Assembly: GCA_035692005.1 (NCBI GenBank)
Contig: DASSII010000029.1
Location: 24,077 to 88,076 of the forward strand
Source: Candidatus Limnocylindrales bacterium
Lineage (GTDB): Bacteria > Chloroflexota > Limnocylindria > Limnocylindrales > CSP1-4
Direction of reading: 5' to 3'
DNA length: 64,000 nt
Below are positions 35,525 through 44,363 of the stretch, piece after piece. Positions within the stretch are counted from its first letter, which is position 1, and each line of letters opens with the position of its first letter. The translations under genes were made by a program, and so were the position numbers. The notes beneath the pieces were generated by a model that saw only the letters and a program-made list of their open reading frames with translations, was not told the DNA's origin and made no database searches.

Positions 35525-35959
35525 ATGAAGCGCAGCGCACGCATCCTCATCGTGATCGTCGCCATCTTCGGCAGCGTCGCTGCGGGCTGCAGCCCACAAG
35601 CATCGACCGCGGCCAACAAGGAGGCCGCGATCGTCGTGGAGGACCAGCCATCGGGTCTCAAGCTGCTGACCCTGTCCGGGCACGCCGCCAAGCGACTCGG
35701 GGTGCAGACCGTCGAGGTCACCACCCGCGGTAGCGGCCTGGCCATCCCGTATGCGGCCGTGATCTACGACTCGAAAGGCGGCACCTGGGCCTACGCGGCG
35801 TCGGAGGCGTTGACCTTCCAGCGCGCCGCCATCGCCATCGACACCATCGACGGCGACGAGGCGCTCCTGTCCGACGGTCCCGAAGCCGGCACGTCGGTCG
35901 TCACGGTCGGTGCGGCCGAGCTGTACGGCGCCGAAACGGGCGTCGGCGGCGGCCACTGA
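35525..35959 (+). CDS. Small lipoprotein resembling only the N-terminal strand plus C-terminal membrane-proximal part of an RND periplasmic adaptor
   Basis: GGAGG ribosome-binding site; signal peptide with lipobox VAAGC. AKRLGVQTVEV resembles the adaptor N-terminal strand. IPYAAVIYDSKGGTWAYAAS..FQRAAIAIDTIDGDEALLSDGPEAGTSVVTVGAAELYG follows the adaptor C-terminal pattern. No room for lipoyl or hairpin domains. Confidence 0.65.
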   Translation: MKRSARILIVIVAIFGSVAAGCSPQASTAANKEAAIVVEDQPSGLKLLTLSGHAAKRLGVQTVEVTTRGSGLAIPYAAVIYDSKGGTWAYAASEALTFQRAAIAIDTIDGDEALLSDGPEAGTSVVTVGAAELYGAETGVGGGH

Positions 35960-35989
35960 CCGCGAGCACGTCCACGAGGGGGCGAGGCC

Positions 35990-38900
35990 ATGATGCGGCA
36001 GATCATCGCGACCAGCCTGCGGTTTCGATACATCGTCATCGCCGCGGCCGCCGGCCTGATGCTGTTCGGCGGCAGCCACATCCAGTCGATGCCGGTCGAC
36101 GTCTTTCCGGAGTTTGCGCCGCCCAAGGTCGAGGTCCAGACCATCACCCTCGGGCTGTCCGCCTCGGAAGTCGAGTCGCTCGTCACGATCCCGCTCGAGC
36201 AGGCGTTGTCCGGGATCGAGGACCTCAAGGTCCTCCGCTCCAAGTCCGTCGCACAGCTGTCCCAGATCATCATGCTGTTCGAACCGGGCACCGACCTGCT
36301 CAAGGCTCGCCAGCTCGTCCAGGAACGCATCACCAACGTCACGAACACGCTGCCCACGTGGGCGGCCCCGCCGTTCATGATGCAGCCGGTCTCCGCCACA
36401 AGCCGCGTCATGAAGATCGGCATGTCGTCCGAGACGGTCGATCTCATCGACATGTCGACGATGTCCTACTGGACCATCCGCGCGCGCCTGCTGGGTGTCC
36501 CCGGCGTCGCCAACGTGATGATCTACGGCGAGCGCTTGGACATGCTCCAGGTCCAGACCATCCCCGACAAGATGGCGGCGCACGGCGTCGCGATCGAGAC
36601 CGTCATGGAGGCCACCTCCGAGGCGCTCGACGAGGGCATCCTCCTGTTCTCGCCGGCCAATGCCTTCGGGACCGGTGGTTTCATCGAGACCGCCAACCAG
36701 CGCCTCAATGTCCACCACCCGCCGTCGATCCTCGCCGTCGAGGACCTGGCCCACGTCAAGGTGGCGGGTCGGGACGGCCGGCTGGTCGACCTGCGCGAGG
36801 TGGCGGAGCTGGTCCGCGATCACCAGCCGCTCCACGGCGAAGCCGTCATCAATGACGGACCGGGGATCATGCTCATCGTCGAGAAGCTGCCCTGGGCGAA
36901 TACGCTGGACGTCACCCGCGGCGTCGAGGCGGCCATGGACGAGCTCAAGCCGGGCATGGTCGGGATCGATGTCGACACGACGATCTTCCGGCCGGCCAGC
37001 TTCATCGAGATCGCCCTTGCCAACCTGACCAGCGCCCTGCTGCTGGGCAGTCTGCTCGTGTTCTTCGTCCTTGTGGCCTTCCTGTATGACTGGCGCACCG
37101 CGCTGATCAGCCTGGTGGCGATCCCCCTGTCGCTCATGGCGGCGGCGATGGTCCTGTATTTCACGAAGACCACGATCAACACGATGATCCTGGCCGGCTT
37201 CGTCATCTCGGTCGGGGTCGTCGTCGATGACGCGATCATCGACATCGAGAACATCGTCAGACGACTGCGTCAACACCGCCTCGAGGGCGGCAAGGGCTCG
37301 ACCGCCCGGATCATCCTCGACGCGTCCGTCGAGGTCCGTAGCGCGATCGTCTACGCGACGCTCATCGACATCGTGGCCATCACGCCGGTCTTCTTCATCG
37401 AGGGTCTGTCGGGCGCCTTCTTCCAGCCGCTGGTCGTGGCCTACGCACTGGCCGTCCTCGCGTCGCTGGGCGTGGCCTTGACGGTCACGCCGGCACTGGC
37501 CTACATCCTGTTGCGCAACGCGCCGATCGAGAGGAACCACTCGCCGATCGCCCGTCGGCTGCAGGCGGCGTATGCCGGGGCCCTGGCACGGATCATCCGG
37601 ACCGCCAAACCGGCGTTCGCGACGGTGGCGGCCATCAGCCTGCTGGGCATCCTCGTCTGGCCGCAGCTCGGTCAGTCGCTGTTGCCCGACTTCAAGGAAC
37701 GCGACTTCCTCATGCACTGGGTCACCGCGCCCGCGACATCCCATGCCGAGGAGACCCGCATCACGATCGCCGCCTGCAACGAACTGCGCACGATCCCGGG
37801 CGTCCGCAACTGCGGGGCCCACATCGGGCAGGCGTTCCAGGGCGACGAGCCGTACGGCATCGAATTCGGCGAGAACTGGATCAGCATCGAGGAGGCGGTC
37901 GACTATGACGACACCCGAGCGGCGGTCCAGGAAGTCGTCGACGGTTACCCCGGCCTGCGGCGCGACGTGCAGACCTACCTCAAGGAGCGCATGCGCGAGG
38001 TCCTGACCGGATCGGGGGACGCCGTCGTCATCCGTATCTTCGGCGAGGATCTCCAGGTCCTCCGTGACAAGGCCGCCGAGGTCGAGGCCGCCCTCGAGGC
38101 GGTCCCCGGCATGATCGACGTCCATACCGAGCAACAGGTAAACATCCCGCAGATCCAGGTGACGGTCGACCTCGCCAAGGCCGAGCGGTACGGCATCAAG
38201 CCGGGCGATGTCCGGCGCGCCGCGGCCACCGTCGTGGCCAGCGAGGAAGTCGGCGACATCTTCTACGACGGTCATGCCCAGGACGTGGTCGTCTGGAGCA
38301 TCCCGTCGGCACGGGACAACGTCAGCGACATCGAGAACCTCCTGCTCGACGCCGCGGATGGCAGCAAGGTCCGTCTCACGGACGTCGCCACGGTCGTGGT
38401 CGCGGCGACGCCGGGCCACATCGGCCACGAGCAGAACTTCCGCAAGATCGATGTCGACGGCAACGTCGCCGGGCGCGACCTCGGCGCGGTCACCCGCGAT
38501 GTCGAAGCTGCGCTGGCCAAGATCGAATTCCCCCTCGGCTACCACCCCGAGCTGCTGGGCGAGTACCAGGAGCGCCAGGCGGCCCAGGGCCGGCTGCTGC
38601 TGTTCGCCATCGCGGCGGCCATCGGTGTGTTCCTGCTGCTGCAGGCCTCGTTCGGCAGCACGCGACTGGCGCTGCTCTCGTTCCTCACGCTGCCGTCGGC
38701 CCTCGTTGGGGGCGTACTCGCGGCGTGGGTTGGCGGCGGCGTGATCTCGCTCGGATCACTCGTCGGGTTCTTCACGGTGCTCGGGATCGCGGCACGCAAT
38801 GGGATCATGATGGTCAACCACTTCCAGCACCTGGAGCGCGAGGAGGGCATGGTGTTCGGGCGCGATCTGGTGATCCGTGGTGCCAGGGAACGCCTCTCGC

Positions 38901-39127
38901 CGATCCTGATGACGGCGCTGGCGACCGGCCTGGCGCTCGTTCCGTTGGTCATCGCCGGCGATCTGCCGGGCCATGAGATCGAGCACCCGCTGGCCATCGT
39001 GATCCTCGGCGGCCTCGTCACCTCGACCCTGCTCAACCTGTTCGTCGTCCCGTCGTTGTACCTGCGCTTTGGCCGCCGGACGTCGTCGGGCGACCCGAAT
39101 CCGGCCGCGCAGGCCGCGACCGCCTAG
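35990..39127 (+). CDS. RND superfamily efflux permease, paralog 2
   Basis: 1045 aa, colinear with paralog 1 ([35 protein letters not shown]). TM4 [20 protein letters not shown]10-region [14 protein letters not shown]. Confidence 0.9.
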   Translation: MMRQIIATSLRFRYIVIAAAAGLMLFGGSHIQSMPVDVFPEFAPPKVEVQTITLGLSASEVESLVTIPLEQALSGIEDLKVLRSKSVAQLSQIIMLFEPGTDLLKARQLVQERITNVTNTLPTWAAPPFMMQPVSATSRVMKIGMSSETVDLIDMSTMSYWTIRARLLGVPGVANVMIYGERLDMLQVQTIPDKMAAHGVAIETVMEATSEALDEGILLFSPANAFGTGGFIETANQRLNVHHPPSILAVEDLAHVKVAGRDGRLVDLREVAELVRDHQPLHGEAVINDGPGIMLIVEKLPWANTLDVTRGVEAAMDELKPGMVGIDVDTTIFRPASFIEIALANLTSALLLGSLLVFFVLVAFLYDWRTALISLVAIPLSLMAAAMVLYFTKTTINTMILAGFVISVGVVVDDAIIDIENIVRRLRQHRLEGGKGSTARIILDASVEVRSAIVYATLIDIVAITPVFFIEGLSGAFFQPLVVAYALAVLASLGVALTVTPALAYILLRNAPIERNHSPIARRLQAAYAGALARIIRTAKPAFATVAAISLLGILVWPQLGQSLLPDFKERDFLMHWVTAPATSHAEETRITIAACNELRTIPGVRNCGAHIGQAFQGDEPYGIEFGENWISIEEAVDYDDTRAAVQEVVDGYPGLRRDVQTYLKERMREVLTGSGDAVVIRIFGEDLQVLRDKAAEVEAALEAVPGMIDVHTEQQVNIPQIQVTVDLAKAERYGIKPGDVRRAAATVVASEEVGDIFYDGHAQDVVVWSIPSARDNVSDIENLLLDAADGSKVRLTDVATVVVAATPGHIGHEQNFRKIDVDGNVAGRDLGAVTRDVEAALAKIEFPLGYHPELLGEYQERQAAQGRLLLFAIAAAIGVFLLLQASFGSTRLALLSFLTLPSALVGGVLAAWVGGGVISLGSLVGFFTVLGIAARNGIMMVNHFQHLEREEGMVFGRDLVIRGARERLSPILMTALATGLALVPLVIAGDLPGHEIEHPLAIVILGGLVTSTLLNLFVVPSLYLRFGRRTSSGDPNPAAQAATA

Positions 39128-39190
39128 AAACGCACGCGGGTCAGACGAGGAGGGCGACGGCGAGGGCTATCAGCCTAGGCGTCGGTCAGG

Positions 39191-39508
39191 TCAGACGCCG
39201 ATCCGTCGATCGGTCGAGTGACCGCCCGCAGCGAACCAGGCGACGATCGCGACCGGCACACCCACGACGAGACCACCGAGCAGCGACTCGTCAAAGGCGA
39301 GGCCGTCCACGATCGGTTGGATCTCGTCGACGGTCATCGCTCCCCAGACGACCTCGCTCGCGACCAGCCCGCCGATGAACCAGCCGATCGCTGCGATCAT
39401 CCACATCCACGGCGTGCGTGCCCTGGCGAAGAACTGGGCGACCATGCCGAAGGCCATCGAAAGGACCACCAACAGGCCGACACCGGTGAGCCCAAGGTCG
39501 AACAGCAT
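39191..39508 (-). CDS. Small membrane protein (105 aa, about three transmembrane helices)
   Basis: Excellent ribosome-binding site (GGAAGGAGGTGA, 6 nt before the ATG). Hydrophobic MLFDLGLTGVGLLVVLSMAFGMVAQFF...WMWMIAAIGWFIGGLVA. The longer ORF overlaps the ArsB-like gene and is discounted. Confidence 0.65.
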   Translation of the reverse strand: MLFDLGLTGVGLLVVLSMAFGMVAQFFARARTPWMWMIAAIGWFIGGLVASEVVWGAMTVDEIQPIVDGLAFDESLLGGLVVGVPVAIVAWFAAGGHSTDRRIGV

Positions 39509-39678
39509 CGCGCTCACCTCCTTCCGTGACGGGAAGCGTGACCGGCCGATCGCGCGGCCGCCAGAGCCGCACGGCCTGAATCGCCACGTCATCCGGCATC
39601 GGATCCGGACCGCCGCATGCGACGAACCCGGCTCGCGAGTGCCCAGTCCACGGGCCGCCCGCATGCCGTCGGCTGCGC

Positions 39679-40944
39679 TCAGCCCAGGTAGCGCAGCCAC
39701 AGGTAGACGGTCGAGATGGCGAGCGACATGGCGACGACGACCGATCCGTAGCGGAGGAACTGGCCGAATGTGATCGGGTGCCCATCGCGCGCCGCAAGGT
39801 TGGCCACGACGATGTTGGCCGAGGCGCCGACGATCGTGAGGTTGCCGCCGAGGCATGCACCCAGCGCCAGCGCCCACCACAGCGGCTCGCCGTGCGATCC
39901 CGTTTCGATCATCCGCTCGACGATCGGGATCGCGGTCGCCGTATAGGGGATGTTGTCGACGATGGCGGATGCCGCCGCGGACACCCACAGGATCCCGATG
40001 GTGGCGACCTCCTGGCGGCCGCCGGCGAGGTTCGCGAACGCATCCGCGACCGTGCCAACGATGCCGACCTGCACGACGGCCTCGACCAACATGAACAGGC
40101 CGACGAAGAAGAACAACGTATTCCATTCGATGTCGCGCAGCGCCTCGTGCGGGTCGAGCGGCCCGACGATCATCAACACGGTCGCGCCGAGCAGGGCGAT
40201 GGTCGCCGCTTCGACGCCGATGACCGAATGCAGGAGGAACCCGACGATCGTCAGGCCGAGCACGAGGAGCGCCCGGTTCATCAACGGCCGATCCGTGATC
40301 GCTGCAGCCGGATCGACCGTGGCGAGCATGTCGAGCCGGTCCTCGTCATCGGCCATCGATCGTCCGAAGGCGAACCGCAGGATCACCAGGAACGCGGCCA
40401 TGATGATGACCACGACGGGCGCCAGGTGCACGAGGAAGTCGCCGAAATCGAGGCCGGCCGCCGATCCGATGAGGATGTTGGGTGGATCGCCGATGAGCGT
40501 CGCGGTGCCCCCGATGTTGGACGCGAAGACCTGGCTGATCAGGTAGGGGAACGGCGACACCTTCAGGGTCCGCGCGATCGAGAGCGTGACCGGCGTCAGC
40601 AGGACGACCGTGGTGACGTTGTCGAGGACCGCCGCGAGCAGCGCGGTCGCGAGCACGAGGATGACCAGCAGGCGGAATGGCTCCCCGCGGGACCGCTGGA
40701 TCGCGAGCCCGGCGACGTACTCGAAGAAGCCGGTCTTGCTGAGCCCTCCGGCCAGGATCATCATCCCGGCCAGCAGGAAGATGACGTTGAAATCGATGCC
40801 GGCGAAGGCCTCGTCCTGGTCGATGACGCCCAGGACCACCACGAGGAGCCCGCCCAGCAGCGCGACGAGCGTTCGGTCGAAACGCTCCGACGCGATGAGC
40901 GCGTAGGCGGCGACGAAGATGCCGCCGGCGAGCAGGACATCCAC
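39679..40944 (-). CDS. ArsB/NhaD-superfamily (CitMHS/YbiR-like) anion permease
   Basis: 421 aa, polytopic, with ...DNVTTVVLLTPV... and ...SNIGGTATLIGDPPNILIG..., typical of this permease superfamily. GTG start. Confidence 0.8.
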   Translation of the reverse strand: MDVLLAGGIFVAAYALIASERFDRTLVALLGGLLVVVLGVIDQDEAFAGIDFNVIFLLAGMMILAGGLSKTGFFEYVAGLAIQRSRGEPFRLLVILVLATALLAAVLDNVTTVVLLTPVTLSIARTLKVSPFPYLISQVFASNIGGTATLIGDPPNILIGSAAGLDFGDFLVHLAPVVVIIMAAFLVILRFAFGRSMADDEDRLDMLATVDPAAAITDRPLMNRALLVLGLTIVGFLLHSVIGVEAATIALLGATVLMIVGPLDPHEALRDIEWNTLFFFVGLFMLVEAVVQVGIVGTVADAFANLAGGRQEVATIGILWVSAAASAIVDNIPYTATAIPIVERMIETGSHGEPLWWALALGACLGGNLTIVGASANIVVANLAARDGHPITFGQFLRYGSVVVAMSLAISTVYLWLRYLG

Positions 40945-41291
40945 GTCAGCGCACCCGCCGGGCGCGACCGGGCCAGGTCAGGTCGTTCGCTGTCTTGGTC
41001 GCGCGCGGATGTCGGGGGGCGGTGTGGTCGGGCCTATCCACCAGGGCCGTCGCTGGCCGCCACCACCAGCGACGTGCGCCCGAGGCCCACGTTCATCGTC
41101 TCGCGTGCATCCATGACCGGCGAATCCTACCAGCCCGCCGTCGCGGACTCGGAGGAGTCAGCCTGCCGTCACTCCCCCGCCGACGCGGCGTCACGGAAGC
41201 GTCACCTGGCCGTCCTCGGCTCGTCACGGCCACCAGCCACCTTGCCGAGAGACGCCGCAGGTGCCGGCGCAACCACAAGGTGGAGGTTCGA

Positions 41292-41708
41292 ATGAAGCGA
41301 CTCCTGCTGACAGCGGCGGTCGGCGCGCTGGCCGTCATGACGGTGGCCGGGCCCGTCAGTGCCCGGACCTTCGGTGCGGTCTACGCCAACGACCAGATCT
41401 ACCGAGTGTTCGGGAACTCGGCCAACGTGCCGGACGGCACCGGAACGGATCCGTTGGCCACGTTCACGAACTCCACGAACGCCGACCAGAAGGGCGTCGC
41501 TGAGTTCGCACCGGGCTCGCCGACCGGGCACCATGGCGGCCGTTGGGCCGTCTACCGCGCGACGTGGACATCCACCGCTTCCGGGACGCTCGTGACCAGC
41601 TGGTCGCAGTTGCAGTCGCTCGTCTCGACCGGTCAGATCACGCTCGTTCGTGACGCGGCGGCGGATTTCCGTTGCCCGGTCCTGGGTGATCCGGAACCGA
41701 TCGGCTGA
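41292..41708 (+). CDS. Secreted hypothetical protein (138 aa)
   Basis: GGAGG ribosome-binding site; signal peptide MKRLLLTAAVGALAVMTVAGPVSA. No family recognised. Followed by a strong hairpin. Confidence 0.6.
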   Translation: MKRLLLTAAVGALAVMTVAGPVSARTFGAVYANDQIYRVFGNSANVPDGTGTDPLATFTNSTNADQKGVAEFAPGSPTGHHGGRWAVYRATWTSTASGTLVTSWSQLQSLVSTGQITLVRDAAADFRCPVLGDPEPIG

Positions 41709-41761
41709 CCGGTCGGTCGGGGGCCACTGCGCCCACCCGGGATCCAGCTCCCGAGCAAACG

Positions 41762-41794
41762 ACGACCCGCTGGTCAGCCAGCGGGTCGTTTCGT
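41762..41794. terminator. Intrinsic-terminator-like hairpin (12-bp perfect stem, tcag loop) shared by the secreted-protein gene and the convergent tRNA operon
   Basis: ACGACCCGCTGG tcag CCAGCGGGTCGT followed by TTCGT on the plus strand. On the minus strand the hairpin is followed by CGTTTGC. Confidence 0.6.
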
Positions 41795-41804
41795 GCTCGA
41801 AGTG

Positions 41805-41881
41805 TGGAGGCGACGACCGGATTCGAACCGGTGAATAGAGGTTTTGCAGACCTCCGTGTTGAGCCACTTCACCACGTCGCC
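41805..41881 (-). tRNA. tRNA-Cys (GCA), CCA encoded
   Basis: Reverse complement GGCGACG...GAGGT CTGCAAA ACCTC...ACCGGTTCGAATCCGGT CGTCGCC TCCA. Confidence 0.9.
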
Positions 41882-41914
41882 AGGGGGAGTATGCGCGGGC
41901 TGGTTGCTGGTGGT

Positions 41915-41988
41915 TGGCTGCCCCTCGAGGATTCGAACCTCGGTTCACGGATCCAAAGTCCGCTGTCCTACCACTAGACGAAGGGGCA
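41915..41988 (-). tRNA. tRNA-Gln (TTG), CCA encoded
   Basis: Reverse complement TGCCCCT...GCGGA CTTTGGA TCCGT...CGAGGTTCGAATCCTCG AGGGGCA GCCA. It has the U1:A72 pair and G73 typical of bacterial tRNA-Gln. Confidence 0.85.
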
Positions 41989-42010
41989 GCGGGGCCTTCG
42001 GGAAGGGATG

Positions 42011-42086
42011 TGGAGCGGAAGACGGGACTCGAACCCGCGACCCTCACCTTGGCAAGGTGATGCTCTACCAACTGAGCCACTTCCGC
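42011..42086 (-). tRNA. tRNA-Gly (GCC), CCA encoded
   Basis: Reverse complement GCGGAAGTGGCTCAGTTGGTAGAGCA TCACC TTGCCAA GGTGA ...GGGTTCGAGTCCC GTCTTCCGC TCCA. Confidence 0.9.
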
Positions 42087-42110
42087 TCGGAGCTCGACCA
42101 CCCCGGAAGA

Positions 42111-42186
42111 TGGTGCCGAGGGCCAGGATCGAACTGGCGACACCGCGATTTTCAGTCGCGTGCTCTACCGACTGAGCTACCTCGGC
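42111..42186 (-). tRNA. tRNA-Phe (GAA), CCA encoded
   Basis: Reverse complement GCCGAGGTAGCTCAGTCGGTAGAGCA CGCGA CTGAAAA TCGCG ...AGTTCGATCCTGG CCCTCGGC ACCA. Confidence 0.9.
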
Positions 42187-42226
42187 CCGATGGTCAACCT
42201 CGCTGGGATGGCCGTCGGCGGTTCGC

Positions 42227-42235
42227 AGGATACCA
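42227..42235 (-). promoter_or_regulatory. Candidate extended -10 promoter (TGGTATCCT) for the Phe-Gly-Gln-Cys tRNA operon
   Basis: The minus strand reads cgTGGTATCCTgcgaacc, about 40 nt upstream of the tRNA-Phe 5' end. Confidence 0.4.
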
Positions 42236-42300
42236 CGCACGCTTCGGGACCTGCCACGGCGAGCGCGGCGTGCGTACGGTGGGTGGAGCCCACGACCGAC

Positions 42301-43284
42301 CTACTCCAACCCCGCCAGCTGCGCCTCGTCCGACGGCCCGAGCGGGGCCTGCCCGCTCAGCTGTCGCAGTCGGTTGATCCGATCGACCGTCGAGGGATGC
42401 GTCGACATCAGGTTCGATGAGCGCTCCTCGAACTTCTTGATCGGATTGCTGAAGTACATGTGCTGGGTGCCCCGGTTGGCCACCTCGAGGACCTCGGGGT
42501 CGGCCGAGATCTTGGCCAGCGCTCGCTCGAGGCCGTTTGGGTTGCGGGTCAGCTCGACCGATGACGAATCGGCCAGATACTCGCGCTGGCGGCTGACCGC
42601 CAGCTGGATGAACCGGCTGATGAGCGGCGCCAGGATCGACAGCACGATCGCCACCACGAACACGATCACCTGCGCCCCGCCGCCACCGCCGCTGTCGCGG
42701 CTGCGACCGCCGCGCCCGACACCGCCCCAGAACGTGAAGCGCAGGAAGAAGTCGGCCAGGATGGCGATCGCCCCGACCATCACCCCGACGACGAGCGAGA
42801 AGCGGATGTCGTAGTTGCGCACGTGCGACAGCTCGTGACCGATGACGCCCTGCAGCTCCTCGCGGTCGAGCTTCTCGAGCAGGCCCGTGGTGATGGCCAT
42901 CGAGGCGTGGGCCGGATCGCGGCCCGTGGCGAACGCGTTGGGGGCCGTATCGTCGATGACGTAGACCTTGGGCATCGGGATGTTGGCGGCGATGGTCATC
43001 TCGCGGACGACGTTGAGCAGCTGCGGGGCCTGCGTCTCGTCGATCTCACGGGCTCCACTGACCGCCAGCACCAGCGAATCGCCCGCGAAGTAGGTCCCGA
43101 CGCCCGCCAGCGCCCCGACCCCGACGGCACCGGCCGTGGTCAGCAACCCGCCTTCGGGCGAGCCGAAGATGGCGAACCCGATGGTGAACCCGAGGACCCC
43201 CAGGATGACGACGACCAGCGCCGCCATGAGGAACGAGTTACGCCGGTTCGCGGCGATCTGATCGTAGAAGGATGTCCCGGCCAC
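42301..43284 (-). CDS. htpX: Zinc metalloprotease HtpX (M48 family)
   Basis: 327 aa with transmembrane helices, the HELSHV zinc motif and an M48 body. GTG start with GGGAGGA upstream. Confidence 0.9.
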   Translation of the reverse strand: MAGTSFYDQIAANRRNSFLMAALVVVILGVLGFTIGFAIFGSPEGGLLTTAGAVGVGALAGVGTYFAGDSLVLAVSGAREIDETQAPQLLNVVREMTIAANIPMPKVYVIDDTAPNAFATGRDPAHASMAITTGLLEKLDREELQGVIGHELSHVRNYDIRFSLVVGVMVGAIAILADFFLRFTFWGGVGRGGRSRDSGGGGGAQVIVFVVAIVLSILAPLISRFIQLAVSRQREYLADSSSVELTRNPNGLERALAKISADPEVLEVANRGTQHMYFSNPIKKFEERSSNLMSTHPSTVDRINRLRQLSGQAPLGPSDEAQLAGLE

Positions 43285-43306
43285 GGTTCCTCCCGCGGAC
43301 GGGCGG

Positions 43307-43876
43307 TCAGCTCAGACTGAGGTCCACGTTCGGGACGTTCGCGGCCTCAGGTTCGGCGTCGAAGAACTCGCGCTTGCTGAAGCCCAGGGGGCCGGCCAGG
43401 AGCGCGTTCGGGAACGTCGCGATCGAGGTGTTGAAGTCGAGCACCGTGGCGTTGTAGTGCTGGCGGCTGAACGAGATCTGGTTCTCGGTCGTCGTCAGCT
43501 GCTCCTGGAGCGCCAGGACGTTCTGGTTCGCCTTGAGCTCCGGGTAGTTCTCGACGACGGCGAACAATGAGCGCAGCGTCCCGGTCAGCGCGTTCTCGGC
43601 GGCCGCCTGCTGGGCTGGTCCCTGGGCGCCGGCGGCGACGGCCGCAGCGCGGGCGTTGGTCACGTCGGTCAGGACCTTCTGCTCGAAGCCCATGTAGCCC
43701 TTGACCGCGTTGACGAGGTTCGGGATCAGGTCGTGGCGCCGCTTGAGCTGGACCTCGATCTGGGCGAACGCCTCGTCGATGCGCAGCCGCTTCTGGACCA
43801 GGGAGTTGTAGATCGCGATCGCGCCGACCACCAGGACGACGATGACCGCGATGATGATGAGAACGATCGGGTCCAT
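43307..43876 (-). CDS. lemA: LemA family membrane protein
   Basis: 189 aa with an N-terminal transmembrane helix, then YNSLVQKRLRIDEAFAQIEVQLKRRHDLIPNLV...YNATV..FN, which is LemA-like. GGAGGAGG ribosome-binding site. Confidence 0.9.
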   Translation of the reverse strand: MDPIVLIIIAVIVVLVVGAIAIYNSLVQKRLRIDEAFAQIEVQLKRRHDLIPNLVNAVKGYMGFEQKVLTDVTNARAAAVAAGAQGPAQQAAAENALTGTLRSLFAVVENYPELKANQNVLALQEQLTTTENQISFSRQHYNATVLDFNTSIATFPNALLAGPLGFSKREFFDAEPEAANVPNVDLSLS

Positions 43877-44025
43877 ACCCCTCCTCCGGTCGGGCGCCAG
43901 GATGCGGCGACCCCTGCGCGCAGTCTACCAGTCAACGGCGCGCCCACCCTCTGCGCCGGGACGACCTTGCAATCGCATCACAGCCGGTCGCACGACCCCT
44001 CCGCGACCGATCCGTCCGCTACGCT

Positions 44026-44334
44026 GTGAGCGTGATCGTACGGGTGCTGACCGCCAAAGTGGCCATGGATCGATCGGGTGAACTCCACGACCTGCTCCGA
44101 GAGCAGTTGCCGATCCTGCGCAGGCACGACGGCCTGGTCTACGTCAAGCTCGCTCGTCGGCTGATGGGCCGGACCGAGGAAGTCGTCCTCATCGAGGAAT
44201 GGCGTGACCCGGCGGCGATGTACGTCTGGACGGGCCCCGACATCCATCGCCCGCGTCTGCTGCCGGGCACGGAGGAGCTGCTCGACGAGCTGCGCATCAC
44301 CCATTACGAGTCGCTGGACGTGACCATCGAGTAG
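44026..44334 (+). CDS. ABM/Dabb-like (antibiotic biosynthesis monooxygenase fold) small protein
   Basis: About 100 aa: VIVRVLTAKV...VYVKLARRL...VVLIEEWRDPAAM. The start is GTG 44026 or GTG 44032; the latter lies 6 nt after a TACGCT hexamer. Confidence 0.55.
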   Translation: MSVIVRVLTAKVAMDRSGELHDLLREQLPILRRHDGLVYVKLARRLMGRTEEVVLIEEWRDPAAMYVWTGPDIHRPRLLPGTEELLDELRITHYESLDVTIE

Positions 44335-44363
44335 ACGCGCGGCGGGGCACCGGCGACACCGGG

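Noticed and set aside
39178-39199. GGCGTC...GACGCC inverted repeat between RND paralog 2 and the convergent small membrane gene, considered as a terminator.
   Set aside because: A 6-bp stem with a 10-nt loop that overlaps the stop codon and has no U-tract. Too weak to call.
39510-39542. Possible Shine-Dalgarno-sequestering hairpin (CUUCC cgucac GGAAG) in front of the small membrane protein gene.
   Set aside because: Only a 5-bp stem plus a 4-bp imperfect outer helix. This is easily produced by chance and there is no supporting evidence.
40995-41291. Upstream part of ORF 40995..41708, and the 60-aa frame MTGESYQPAVADSEE... in the long spacer.
   Set aside because: No ribosome-binding site and composition typical of non-coding GC-rich DNA. 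The real secreted-protein start at 41292 has GGAGG and a signal peptide immediately after it.
30130-41881. Considered whether the ~11.6-kb segment between tRNA-Leu(TAA) and the tRNA-Cys/Gln/Gly/Phe cluster is an integrated genomic island.
   Set aside because: No integrase, transposase or direct repeat of a tRNA 3' end is visible. There is no obvious composition shift by eye, and the tRNA-Leu 3' end faces away from the segment. I treat it as accessory-like chromosomal content, not a mobile element.
41202-42377. ORFs spanning the tRNA clusters: 41202..42143(-), 41844..42377(+), 41974..42240(-), 44561..45268(-), 44610..44948(+).
   Set aside because: They read straight through clear cloverleaf tRNA genes and have no coding signature.
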